A stretch of 57,332 nt of DNA, filler included, from Sphacelaria rigidula (taxonomy: Eukaryota), in NCBI GenBank assembly GCA_964200075.2. It is 4 parts of 4 records of this genome, joined end to end, with 100 filler letters (N's around TTAATTAATTAA, not from the genome) between each part and the next. Parts side by side here need not be neighbours in the genome. Positions count along the whole stretch, not along the records: positions 1 to 14,263 come from CAXNAA020002352.1; positions 14,364 to 28,622 come from CAXNAA020002353.1; 2 more parts are not named here. One strand, given 5' to 3'. Below are positions 11,191 to 24,290 of this stretch, in pieces. The stretch's first letter is position 1; each line of letters opens with the position of its first letter. Below the pieces are notes generated by a model. It ran no database searches, was not told the origin of the DNA, and saw only the letters and a list, made by a program, of their open reading frames with translations. The position numbers and the translations under genes are program-made.

Positions 11191-14100
11191 CTACGGCGCG
11201 CCAGTGGTTCGTGGGTGCAAAAGGGGTTACGTCTTTGAACATGTTGCAGATATTATCGACGAAGGGCTGTAGTTATACTCAAGCTCAAGCGGGAGATAGA
11301 CGGGGTGGCTGCTTGTCTGTGTCTTCGAACAAAATCTTCAACTCCGATCAGCTACTGGGTGAGCGGAGTGATTGGGCGCTGTACGTGCGGATTGAAGAAT
11401 CGTCATAACTGAGGTTTTGACGGACCCTCGGAGCAGCAGGGAGCTGATGGGTTTCTGTGATGGTAAATGACTGAGTGCCTGAATTGAAACTAGTTCTTTG
11501 TGGGTATGCAGATGGTCCCTAGAAACGACCAGCGGGTATGGAAAGATTCTAGTCGAATGTTTGTTTGTATGAGGCAGGATTTGGATCCTTTCATTGTTGA
11601 CACAGGTGTTTGAAGGTAGATACAGGATTGTACCCGATTAGCCGCGTGTACCTGCTGCTACTACAGCTTTGATTGGCTTAAGGTACAGTGCGCCACGCTG
11701 AGTGGTACTTATATGACAAGACTGTATGCGTAGCTAGGAGCTTTTGAAGGTAAACGTGAGCAGCATTGCCTACGATGCTCACTTGCAAACCACCGCCAGA
11801 AACAGCCACCGTAGACCTAACCACAAGAAGGACCATCAGCTTTTCATCTGCTCTGCGCGACGTCTCATCTTCTGCCGGCAAGCCGTGACGAGCTATAAAA
11901 CACAAGTAAGTCACGAGTAACATAACCCCTTTGGTGTCTATTGGTGTTTCCTTTTCCGAAAGAGCTCGGTGCTTACTGTCAATAACAGCTGTCTGCTGTT
12001 GACGAGTGCCTTGTGTGAGAGAGAGACCCTACTGTTTGAGTTAACGAGTCGAAAACAGGACCAGTGCGTCACATACTCACCCATTTTGGGTTGTGGCTTG
12101 CTCTGCCAACGAATACGTCGACATTCATGGGGCTTCAGAAGTAGCTTGTTACCTTCAGCTGTACGGTTTTCTCTTTTGTCGGCTGCCGTGGACACATCAG
12201 TCAACCACAAGCTTTCGTTTGTTTGTTTTTTCAAGTCCTGTATTTTCGGTCCTTGTTTTCACTTTATATTTGTATACCCGATTTAGCGGTGTAATACACC
12301 AAGGTAATTCGACAGCTTCTTGGAGAGCTGTTCTCTCTTTTACTCGAAGTTTGACAGACATCCCGACTCGAGTTAGCTGCAGGTCTTCGATGTGTCGTAC
12401 AGTACCCACGTTGGTCTCAGGCAATGGCGACCGAACCACAAGGCGCTCCACGTACGCGCCCACGCAAGCCTTTTTGTGCTATACAACCAACCACCCCCCA
12501 AACACCCCACAACCGCCCATGCTCACAGTCCGTCGATCCAGTATCAACCGAATCGACCGACATGTGTCCCAACACACACCGAATCATGCTCGCAGGTAAC
12601 GAGTACGCGGCCAATTTTAACCGCCGCCCGCTGCGCAGACGATTTTTCTTCCAAACATGGAACGTTGATCCACCATGCGCACAGAATTACATCGATGCGA
12701 CATGATAGACCAGGACGGAGGATGTTTGATGTACACGAGCATGATTGCACAAGGCGTGGCGCGAGGCTCGTGTTACTTGTACACAAGCTCTCGACTCTGT
12801 ACTCTTTTCATTTTCACACGGCACCAGGGCACCCTAAAGTTTGATTGTCGCCCCACCAACACGCACTACAGTACATACTTGATCGTCCACAAAGCCGTAT
12901 AAATTTCGCGTTGAAATATTGTTCCGAATTATAGTACTGACCACAGTACAGTACCGTCTGAGTTCCAAAGGGTATCGGCGGGCAATATGTTGCGGACGGT
13001 GAGGTGCCGTGCTGTAGCATACGTTGGTACTGTGCACTATCTGAACGCAGTCATCTATATTGTGTTGTAGATATGAACACGACACTGGCATAACGTTGTG
13101 TCGGGCTTTCTTCATGTGATACGAACAAATCGATATCGTACTGCACTGCCGACCACCCCCGCTGCGCCACGCAAAGATCATATGTACTGTACTGTGCCAC
13201 GCAGCATTTTGCTGTCTGGTGCTTTGTACGCTGCTGTTGTACTGCACTACATACTTGTATTACGGTTGCGCTTGTACATTCATCGACTGTTTACCTGCAC
13301 GAGGACACGTCATTGACCCCCGACTCGGCTATTTTCAGCGAACTACGCGGTACTTCAATAAGTATCGCCAGCTGCGCTGGTATTGCCTCTGGGAACACGG
13401 TATCCTGTAGGTATTTGCTTTTTCTCAGCCTCAACGTGTTCTCAAAATAGAACTGAGCGGTTTGACGTTGCTGTTCGCTGCATCCCACACGTCTATTCCT
13501 TCGTGGCATGCAGGTTTGTTAATGCGCTGTTGCGCTGGTGACAAGTGACAACCTTCGTTTTCTGGTCTCTTGCTGTTACAACTTATTCCAACACACACAC
13601 ACACCTACGGTTTGTTGTGTGCCTTAGACATATATTTTCCTCTTTTGTCTGCACCTGATTGACAAGGTGGTAGACCTCATGCATGTGCGGAGAGCGCGGA
13701 ACTGCATGTTGATCGACTGTCGACAGTACCCTGCCACTCTGTTCCTTTTCATTTTTGTTCACTCCGCTTCAGTCCTCAACAACTATGCTGTCTCCCACGA
13801 CGAAACGTTCACTTTTTAACCATGTCTGATATCAACCGCCCTCCGACTTCATCGGAGCACGATGTCACGAAGGATGGTGCGCTCCCTACAGACAGTGGTA
13901 AAACAGCTGAACGATCACCCATGCGTAATGAGACGGTTGCCAACAACAATCCGGAACTTTCGATGTCGATGATAGCGTTCTTGCAGCGCACATTCTCAGG
14001 GATGTGGCTGAAGATTTCGATGAGGACCGTAGTTCTCTCCCCACGATCACCCCCCCTTCCTCAGTGAACATACCTCTACACCAACCAGCCACCCAAAACG

Positions 14101-14263
14101 CTGATGGCGTTCCCACTTTTCATTCTCAGATGGCATCCCTCCCAGTGAGCCCTGGTTTTTCGAAAACCTTTCCTGACGATGACCTCCGGAGTCATCCTAC
14201 GATAGGGGGGGGGGTATTTGGTTGCACGAAAAATTAGGCTCATAAGTGTGTCAGACATCCCTC

Positions 14264-14363
14264 NNNNNNNNNNNNNNNNNNNNNNNNNNNNNNNNNNNNN
14301 NNNNNNNTTAATTAATTAANNNNNNNNNNNNNNNNNNNNNNNNNNNNNNNNNNNNNNNNNNNN
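14264..14363. other. Assembly spacer (N44-TTAATTAATTAA-N44)
   Basis: 100-bp gap containing the six-frame stop linker. Confidence 0.98.
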
Positions 14364-14870
14364 TACCAATGTACCGCGCAGATATCGGAACGGCTTTTAA
14401 TGTGAAGACAACAACAACAACAACAACAAGTGTATACACAATGGGACCTTTTCGAGCTTGCAAGAACCGTCGTATTATACAACGCATCGGCCCAACCCTT
14501 GGTTCAACAAACAGTAGCACATACAATAGATGGGAGACTGAAGGATAATGAGGTTACTACAGCGTCCTGTTACAACAGGTTAAGCTTTCACAGCTTTTGT
14601 GCAGTTATGAAAAAGAGAAAGAGAGGGTCGTGCTGTCCACCTGTACTGCACACTGTACAGCGCAACTTGACCATTGCTGAAGGTCACCGCTGTCCCCTGT
14701 CGCAACTCCTGGCCATGCTTGTTTTTGCCCATGCCGCTGCGCCCCGGTATTGTAACTGGTACATCTCGATATTGGCTCGAATTTCAGCTGACGTACCCGA
14801 TTTCCGCCGTTGAGAGACGTGAGGAGGTGAGTACAAAACAAAAATCCATGACAGTCGGTGCGGTGCAGGA

Positions 14871-15195
14871 GTGTGTGTGTTGTGTGTTGTCGTCCCTTTT
14901 ATTCTGGGCGCCAGTCTACCCCTTTCGGGATATGGGCGCATCAGCCGGGGTCACACAGGAGCTTTTTCCTCTTTATTTGTTTCTAGTACCCCTCCTCCCT
15001 TCTGCGGTGCTTGCCCTTTTTCTTATCGCGAGAGGGGTCCAGCAGTCCCTTTCCCTCGTCGACCGTCGAGTCGAATTTCGTGTACCCATAATATAGTCGC
15101 TCTCCACTGTTGGGCATGGTGGAAGAAAAAATCCAGATTGCTCCGGGAATTGAACCCCACAACTCAACCGTCAGAAGGTTACGAGATTACCAGCA
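14871..15195 (-). mobile_element. tRNA-derived SINE, copy 1
   Basis: B-box-like GGGTTCAATTCC at the 5' head (~15145-15158, minus strand). Body colinear with 15765-16226; CA-rich 3' tail. Confidence 0.8.
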
Positions 15196-15401
15196 GGAGT
15201 GTCGGAGTGTTGCTATCAACGCGAAAAACAAAAGTGCTAGGTAGGTACCACGCCGAGGGATACATGGCTTGATTGGTGCCTTCCTAGTACAGACTACAGG
15301 CTCGTGTGGAGGGAGAGAAAGGATTAACGAGAAATATGACAGAGCAACCGAAGCAAATACTCTGTACAAACAAACCTCAATGCACACCATGAAAGCCTTC
15401 C

Positions 15402-15472
15402 GCATCGGTCGGCCACTGACATGACCACAGAGGTGAGCACCAAATTATTTCATGTCAGTGACCGACCGATGC
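15402..15472. repeat. Hairpin with a 23-bp stem (22/23 paired) and a 25-nt loop
   Basis: GCATCGGTCGGCCACTGACATGA ... TCATGTCAGTGACCGACCGATGC. Confidence 0.85.
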
Positions 15473-15764
15473 AGTTAAAATCTACAATCGGCTCGCACCA
15501 CGAACAGGGTAAGGGTAGGTTAGGGTGTGGTTGGCCACGCGTTAAGATTCGTGGTATGGTATGGTATGCTCCCTTCATGTTTTGTCTTGTTCAAAAGTCT
15601 GGGGGGGTGGGGGGGGGGGGGGGGGAGCGTGGGTGTGGGTGTTTTGTTGTTTCTTTTTTTTTGTCCGCCGGTTTCGCTTTTTGGTTTTNNNNNNNNNGGG
15701 TTGTGGGGGGGGGGGGGGGTGGGGGGGGCGGGGGGGGGGGGGGGTGGGGGGGGGGGGGGGGCAA

Positions 15765-16226
15765 CGTGCGTGTGTGTGTGTTGTCGTCTCATTTGTTCTG
15801 GACGCCGGTCTACATCTTTCGGTATATGTGGGCGTACAAGCCGGGGTCACACAGGAGGAAGGTCGACACAGGAGTTTCTTTTTTATTGTTTGTTTCTGGC
15901 ACTCCATCTTCCTTCTGCGGTGCTTGCCTATTATTTTTTATCGCGAGAGGGGTCCAGCAGTCCCTTCCCCTCGTCGATCATTAACCCTGAGGCAGCGAGA
16001 GTAGGTCATCTGTTGAATCCGCATCAATGTCACTTGAAAAAAGTACGCATGATCCAGATAAGACTACCCTCGCGGTCTAAGGGTTAAGTCACGTTGTGTG
16101 TACCCACGATACAGTCGCTTTCCACTATTGGGCACTGTGTGAGAAAAAAAACCCAGATTGCTTCAAGATTCGAACCCACGACTCAACCGTCAGAAGGTCT
16201 TGAGGTTACCAACTAAGCCACCGGGA
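15765..16226 (-). mobile_element. tRNA-derived SINE, copy 2 (full head), interrupted by a MITE
   Basis: The minus-strand head has A box TGGCTTAGTTGG and B box GGTTCGAATC. Same body as copy 1. 3'-end fragments also occur at ~28548-28622 and ~46578-46660. Confidence 0.85.
15985..16083. mobile_element. piggyBac-type MITE (~100 bp)
   Basis: TTAA|CCCTGAGGCAGCG...CGCGGTCTAAGGG|TTAA. A TTAA TSD and CCC...GGG ends are piggyBac hallmarks. Confidence 0.85.
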
Positions 16227-17212
16227 CTGTGTAATGGGTAATCGACGTACCACATGAAAATAGCCTAGCATCTCCCCTTGTTTTTCACTCGTCACTTTGC
16301 GCGTCATGTCGTTCGGTCTCTCTTCATTACCATCACCATTTTTCGCTCTCTGAGTTTCCTTCAGCGAGTTTTCGTCAGTCTTTGACGCGGCTGGCTTACA
16401 AACGGATCAGTGAAAGTGCGATATCAACTAATCAATCAAATGAATCAATATTTATCATTGTCCAATCGTCTGAACCGTAGGAACGAGAGATGAGAGAACT
16501 CCAGTCAAAGTCGACAGGATGCGGGAGCGCTGGTCCCGGGACAGCTTAGGCCAACTCGGTGAGAAAATTCTACACCCTGGACAAAATGTGGTGCACAGTT
16601 GCAACAGAAGAAGAATGTACTGCGTCAAGTGTAGACCTACTACAACTTTTATATGATATTTATAACTTTCCATGTTCAGCGAGACAAAAAAAAGTGATTT
16701 CACGTAAGGACTGACGACAATGCTCGGATATTTTTAGGGCTTGCAGTTCCAGTGCCGCGCCTAGGGTGTGCGCAGCAAGCCTTTTGGCTCAAATCAGCTG
16801 CCGCGGCGCCGCAGGCGTTGATTTCAACCAACACAGTGCACACTTTCCCTAGGGCGCTGCGCTGTACATGCCCTCCTTATCTGAGGGAAGTCGGCCTGCC
16901 TGGGGTTGGGGTTGGGGTTGGTGAATCCGGGACTCCCCGTGACGCTGTGATATTTTGTCAAGTCGGAGGTCTAGCTAATCGTGGCGCGCTCCCATGTAGT
17001 TCATAACTTGTTTCTTGGAGAAAATGAAGAGCTCCTAGCAACTTGAATCTGAGGAAGGAACTGTGCCTCCCTTTCGTGGTACCACTCTCATACTATGAGT
17101 TGATGTCGAAGGACAGTATATTAGGGTGATGGCTTGCGAGAACAAAGTTTGCTAGAGCATGGAATGTCATCGCTGAGTTCGCACAAACCCGCATCACTAA
17201 TCTGCTGTTTAA

Positions 17213-17351
17213 CCCTTTGGGAACTAGACCCTCAGGGAGTGCTGACTTTTGTTTTGGTGAATCGGCATCATTTTCAGTCATTTTCAAGTCAACATGATGC
17301 CGATTCACAAAGATTCACAAAACAAGAATCAGCACTTGCGTTCCCAAAGAG
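17213..17351. mobile_element. piggyBac-type MITE, second family, almost fully palindromic
   Basis: TTAA|CCCTTTGGGAAC...GTTCCCAAAGAG|TTAA, with a central palindrome at 17257-17308. Confidence 0.8.
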
Positions 17352-17849
17352 TTAATATGAAAATGCCACGGCGGACGCGGGGGAGAGATGGGCTGCATTC
17401 TTGAGACTACGGGCCGATTCATCCCGAGGAAGGTCGAGCGTGAAAATTACGAAAACAAAAAAGAGACGGACAAGCGGAAGCACGCCATCATACACTTGCA
17501 AGACGACATGAAAGCTTGCCCTGCATCGAGTACTGTACCCTGTCTTCTTGGTGGAGGCCAGAAAATCGGCACTACCAACATTTCGAACGAAGAGTACTAC
17601 CCACTCATATTTCAAAGTACAGCACAATTTTCACGATTTCGAAAGTCATTACAGCGCTTCAAGTATAAGTGTAGTGTACTGTTTTTCTTCATCTTCGTCT
17701 TCTTTCCTCCAGTTTTTTTCCCCATCAGCGAGTATTTCCGTAGGTACGTACAGTGTACGTCCACCTTGTCAGCGCGGCTGTCAACACATTCATTGGGTAG
17801 CATATCAGTTCACGTGCGACGATCAACCAATTAACCAATCAACTGTTGG

Positions 17850-20800
17850 ATCAATCAGTCACGTGTCCTGTACTATTCCACCAAGAATACTCGGGAACTA
17901 CCGTGTGTATCAAGCTGCAGTGAGGACCCGACTATTAGGCGGTGTAAAAGTGGTGCAAGCGACAATTGACCGTCTCTTGGTCATACTGGGACTGAGCCTT
18001 GAAGTAGACCGGGCTCTGCCCACTGAAGGAGTAATAACTCACGCCGATTGACATGGTATTCTAGTGGTACCCAGTTTTTTTGAGAATGGCAATGGAGTAT
18101 TGAAGGTTGCTTCGATCCTAATGGTCGAAGGAAATACGCTCGACCCAACGGTCAAACGGTTCAAGTGACCTATGTATCCTACGGAACCGGAAGCGTACGA
18201 TGAGTTGGAGGCGCCACATGTTGCTACCTTTGACGGAATAAAAATACAAATTTCAATATGATACCACTCGACCTTACAAGAGAGATCATATCACCAAGTG
18301 AAATTTGTTTGTCCTCCAGAACTGCCTTGTACTACCATGCTCTGGCGTCGCTGACTCTCATCACAAGCTGAATAAATAATAACTTGAGCCGATTGCTTTC
18401 TGCATACATAGTCGCGTCAGTTTCGAAGGCTTCCACTCATGTATGCATTGTGTTCTGCCCTGTTCGAATAGATCCGAGGTACATATCTCGGGCATCTTCT
18501 CTTTCAGAGTGTTATCGCATGACAGGCTATTTACCCGAAAAATATGACAAAGGGTGTGGCGGATGTGTGGCCTTCATGTCAAAGGTGCTTCCTTGGATCT
18601 CACGAGAACATATATTTTCCAGTCGGCGCAAATCTACCGTGCATAAAAAAGAAGGCCTGGCGCTGCCGAACCCAACCACTTGCCTCCCGTCGCTGCAGCG
18701 AGCGTCCAGGCCGCAAATCGGTAGCAGCATATGGTACAGGGAACAGTGCTGCAGCCGTATTGAAGGGCCGATAGGATGGGTGAATGTACCTCGAGTGCCG
18801 CTTGTTTCCGCCATTCCATGACTGCGCTGATACGCACACCAAACCATTCGTGGCGGACACGAGGCATTCAGTAATATACGTCGAATACCACCCCCTAGAG
18901 GCGCATCTTTTTCGACAGTCGATCCAGCAAGTGTTCTGAGATACTCGGTACCGAGTATATATAATACCCTGAAAATGCGGGCACCCTGGGTTACGGCACC
19001 CCACCACAACGATGGTTCCATCAACCCTTGAACAGCCATGGGTGCGTCTTTTGTTGAAAACTGCCTTCTCAACCCTTAGACCGCGAGGTTACTCTTCTGT
19101 TGAATCGGCATCGATTTCAAGTTAAAAAGTAGTACGCATGATCCAGAAAGACTAATCTCGCGGTCTAAGGGTTAAACCTTACAAGAACCAGTTGTTCAGG
19201 TGGTTTTTCGTTAGTCTGGCTGTTTCGGGGAGTTCCGAATAGTTCTGATGAAACAAAGAACGCCTACACAGAAACATGGTGATCTGGGACTACCCGGCTC
19301 TTGCGACATGCGCATCGTAATCAGCACAGCATACACAGAGCACAGGGCAGAACCGTACAATTATGCTGGGTGGGTGGAGACCACCATGAGCTGTGACCGT
19401 CCCACCATCGCGCGTAGTATGACATGTACAAAAGTGTTGCTGTACAAGCCGTGGCCAGCGAGAGCACAGACACCGCTGCCAAACTCCAATCCACCTAGGC
19501 AACCATGGAGATGAATTGCTACACTTGTCATGTACTCCAAAGCTATAGTTGGTACGTCATGTCTGACTTAGCACCCGGGGGTCATGAAGTGGCCATTACC
19601 GCATACTAGTGGGATATTCAAAATGTTCGCGGTACTGCATTGTCACATTATCGGAACATCATATTTTGGGCACAATAAAGGGTGAAGATAAATCTTGAGT
19701 GCTGGGGTAGACGTACACGTCTCTCAGTTATTTTTCAAGTGATGATGCCACTTCAACATATCGCCATCCTTGGCGGTCGAAGGGTTGAACCTGTACTGAA
19801 CCTGTACTTCATCCGCCTTCTCACGCCACCGTGTTACCATACGTGAAACAGAAAAACGGCTCAATGTGATCAAACCACTGCCGGTCGAGCCCCCATCCTC
19901 TGCAATGCTGTACACGCTGTCCTCGCGTATGTTAAATACCCAACAATGTCGGATAAATCTGAAGAGCATGGCGAGCCCACGAACGCCGACTCCACCACAA
20001 GTAAAAACTGTAAACCAGCGGGGGGATTCCTCGTACACTACCGTTTTACTGATGAATATCAAGTATGTTAAAAAAATGCCTCGGGATGGCTCGCTGCAAA
20101 ACGGCCCGCCAGACAACGGACTGGAGCGGATATTTTTGCTAAAGGCCGTGTTCTCGAGTAAGAGTGACGCCGACTCAGCAGTTGATCCACCCTGTGGAAG
20201 CTGGGTACGGCGTTCGTCTCAGTAGACGTCAAGCGGACTGGTTGACAAAAATCCATGCATAAATAAATTACTGATTTTAGTGTAGAGTGTCGGACGGATA
20301 TTTTGAAGAGCTGACAGTCTCATGTGCTCGCGTCGGGTGCGAAGGACGCATTTATGCTCAAATTGAAATCGGCGCCGATTTGGACTCTGCCAACGCACAC
20401 CATGCCATGGGCATCTTGATCACCCCCTTAACCCGAGGTTTTCGGTGTACGTCGGGTTCGGCTTAGCGTTGGCGTTAGTGCCACAGTTTGACGACAACAA
20501 AAATATGTTGAATCATAGAAATTGCCCAATCTGTTCAAGTGAACCTACCTCATTTGTTATGTGCCAATGTGCATAATCCCATATCTATGTAGCGTATTCA
20601 CGCATCGATATATTATGGGATTCGTCCCATGACGCCAGTTGCGATCCTACTCTGTAGGGACTTGGGGGAATCGCATTTGATGGATCAAGACACCACGCTA
20701 TATCAAATATCATACCAGGCCGAAAAGTACCTGGGCGAATGAGCTGAACGAGACAGGACAGAAGAGGAACTGAACCAATTCCACCCACAAGACAAGGAAC

Positions 20801-23800
20801 AGGCTTTCGTATCGACAGCCCACCGCTGGCGCCACGACAGGAGCCAAACCAGTAGGGAATCCAACACGTAAATGGTTGAGAGACTGCCCCCTTTTGTTCG
20901 TGACTGGGGATAAGTGGGAGGAGGGGGGTACTCATGATCTTGCGTCCCGTAGTTAGAGGGTCACTGACCTCGCATCCCTGCAAAGCCGGGGGGCTAGGGA
21001 AGTAGCACGGTAACTTTTCCCCTGGTTTCGTCTTATCATCGTTTGGCTTATTTCCTGGGTTTGTAGAGCCCACGTCTGCGATCACGGGTTCGCGAGATCG
21101 GACCGATGTGCGGAATAATAGTGTAGCTTAGGCGATGTTTCTCAGCCCCTGTTCTCCCCATCTAGATCAATCTCTCTTCCTTCCCTCAAGGTGTCGTGCC
21201 TTCCTGTCTTCCGCTTGTACTTCGCTTGTTCCTTGATACTACACTTCTTTCTCTTGTCCATTATGTTCTTGTGCTTCCGTGGTTACTTGAGGTATCTCAA
21301 ACTCGAGTTTCTCGATATATTTGACAGTGGTGTATTGTCGAAATTAGCCAATGAATTCGAGTACAATATACCTCTAATAGGGCGTACAAACCGAGCGCAT
21401 GGCATGCCACAATGGATGCTTAATGTTGACACTACATGTCTGACAGCATGCCTACTTACTCTCCGACGAAAACAACGAACCGTATTTCATCCCTGGTCGA
21501 AGGATGGGCATGCTTGCGGCTTCGTGAACGGAAGCACTCCAGCAAACCATCTCAAGAAAAATGATACAATATTGTACTTTTGATACAGTCGCACATCCTT
21601 CCAACGGTCTCTGTAGCATGCCATGCGCTCGTTTTGATATTTTTTACATTCATACCCCCGCTTGCTGCGGACAGCCTTTTTTGTACCATCTCCCCACACT
21701 ATTTGAAGCCGTGAGGCAGGTGCCCAGGAGGTTCATAAATTTCGTGGGGACCGGTCGCGTAACTTAGCCTTCCGTTATTTTCATTTTCATACCTTCTGTT
21801 CCCGCTTATTTATTTTTCAGTTTGTTCCCCCTTTCTCCCTAGTCTGTACCGTTTGTTCCCTTTTTGTCACTAGCTTTCCTCGCATTCGACTCAGCGTGTG
21901 TCATCCTCTCTTCACCTTGGGGATGTTCATTTTTTCATCACGTTTCGATTCAGCTGATATGCGACAGCCAATCAGTCATAATCCATGACTACCCACATGA
22001 TACGGAGGGGGTGTCCCATGATGAGAGGAGACGGGGCGCACCAGAGACCGCAGGAAAGGCCCTCTTGTTAGCACACTAATGTACAAACTCTACTGGGCTG
22101 TTGACTTTACCCCGCGCGCCTACAAGCGTGCAAGAACACACTATCGTGAGCGAGAATTCGGTCGATGTACACACGGAGCATGATGAGTGAAACACCGGCC
22201 CCTCTCAAAGAAAAGGAAAGGCTTGAACATGAATCAGCTGGGTCTCTCGACTCGATAGCGTAGACAGCACGTCCCCCGAGTAGGTTTTGCTTACAGCACC
22301 GCAACAGAACAGAACGATCCAGTGCGGGCCGGGCAAGTGCATTAGTCGCAAAATGCGGGCTAGTACAGGGACAGCAGTTACGCCGCATTTTTGCCCGTGT
22401 ATGAGCTACAACTGCACTGTCTGTACTTTACATGTCCCGTCCATGCTGACTGCACAAGAAGACTCACGGTAGCTGGGGTATACCTCGAGGATTGGGCATC
22501 CACTTCGCCACATCCGCACGGGGGACACCGAGGGGGCACGAGAGCGTCTGAGACGAAATGTCAGGGGGAGATTTGTCCGTGCCTTTGGCCATTTCGGAAC
22601 GTCACTTCAAGCACCTTTCGGTTTGGGGGCATGAGCGTAATTCCACGCACGTTACTGATCCTTGAAAACCATGTCAAAGAGGCAACAAGACAGGAAGGAA
22701 CCGGCAATCAACGACTTGCGTTCATGATTGACCCCCACGGTAGTCTTCTGCTCTCTCTTGTGAAGAGAAGTGGGAATAGGAGTCTGGGGTTCCAACCTGA
22801 CCCAGTATGTGTTTCTGGGCCATAAGTTGCTGGGTAATACAGATAGCAGTGATTTCTGCACATAACCGACGGACACGCATGGCGAATATTCATGGTGTGG
22901 TGTGGGGAGTGTGCGCGGTACGGTACAGCCTGACTAAATTCGCATCAGAAGACACACGGTCTCCATTCTGTTCTTAATTCGGGGCCGCCCGTTTGACCAA
23001 CTCTGCCACATTCACATGTCATGTTGTGGCAGCGAGAGATTCTAGTGCTATAACAAGAACCGTGGTGTGCAGGTGTCCGTCATGAGCACCGGTCCCGCCG
23101 CGATCAGCCACAAACATCCATGTGGTGAGTGACAACCACGCTGTAGAATACTCCAAAAAACGTCACTGCTAACGGCTCACTTTTTGTCTTGGTGTAGACC
23201 CGAGTATGTCTGGTGGACGTCAAACACGCATGTATAGTAGTCGGCTTCTTGTGGGTATGGCGGGGGTATGACACTAAAAAAAGTGAGATTTTTGGAAAAT
23301 GACTATTTATCGATTTGATACCCAGGTTTTTGCTCAAAAAGGAGGCTTGAGCGAATTGTGCCACCAAAAGTTGCTGCCCGCCGCCACAGGATTCCGATAT
23401 ATGTCTTCTGTAATCAGCACGTCCAGTTTGACCTCCGATCTGACAAGCAGTTTCTCAAACGAACAAAAAGAGGCCCCCAGGTCTTGAAAAAACTCAAGAA
23501 AAACTCATCAAACAGTCTGTTTGCTGGAGAAAATGCTCGTCTGGTGTGAGATTGAGTAGACAAATGATGCGAAAAAACGCTGAGTTTCCATCATGAATGA
23601 ATGAACAGAACGACTTTCGGAGGAAACACAACAAGTGTGGTGCCTTTTCCGGACAAAAGTTGATACCGGACCACCCGAGAAATGAAAATAAACGGACAGT
23701 GAAAACAAGTAATATATATATATGTTCCCATGTTCTGTCGGGAAGACATCAAGTCATTATATTTTCGGATAGTTAATTTTCTACCCGCAGACCGAACAGC

Positions 23801-24290
23801 AAGTGCTGCCTGGCTCCAGTAGCGGCGGAGAATGAATAGGACAGGAAGTAGAAGTACGCACGAAGATCTTTGCATGAGTATGGACACACGTGCAGAGAAG
23901 TGTTGAAGAAAAGGGCCGTTGGAGGGCTGTACGCACTGTACTTGCCTCAAAGCGTGCTGATGTACGGAAGGGCTGACGGACCAACAGAGCTCTCGCTGTT
24001 GTACTGTCTGTTGCTCTCGGCAAGAGTACATGATTTCAGAACGATCAGAGGGTCCACGAGTGCTGGGGGGGGGGAGGGCGGGGGTGCATGCGTCAACCAT
24101 AGCTTTCGGGGGGAAGCCCAGACTGAACAGCAAGCAAACTAGGGCAAACACGAGCACCCAAGAGACGATGGCATGGAACATGAACCGTAGGGTTCGCCAC
24201 CGTTTGCTACTTCGTTGCTTTCCCATCTCATCCGTTGCTAGCAGCGGCGACTCTGCCGGCAAGCTCTGAGAACGCAACATCAATGTGAAC
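17850..24290 (-). pseudogene. Possible decayed multi-exon gene(s) of unknown identity
   Basis: A type-II-membrane-like N-terminus (MGKQRSSKRWRTLRFMFHAIVSWVLVFALVCLLFSLG, ~24230-24120). Several exon-like blocks with plausible splice edges but internal stops (~23320-23545, ~22470-22830, ~22110-22290). A block rich in C-ending codons at ~17850-18145. No family recognised. Confidence 0.25.
19073..19171. mobile_element. piggyBac-type MITE (same family as 15985-16083)
   Basis: TCAA|CCCTTAGACCGCGAG...CTCGCGGTCTAAGGG|TTAA. Confidence 0.85.

Noticed and set aside
14308..14319. TTAATTAATTAA repeated at ~14.36-kb intervals
   Set aside because: It is always centred in a 100-bp N gap, so it is an assembly linker with stops in six frames, not biology.
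15520..16087. Gly-rich and Pro-rich ORFs
   Set aside because: They are translations of a low-quality poly-G tract containing Ns, plus SINE sequence.
16160..16226. tRNA-like sequence (also ~31929-31996)
   Set aside because: A and B boxes are present but no complete cloverleaf is evident, and each continues into a SINE-like body with a simple-repeat tail.
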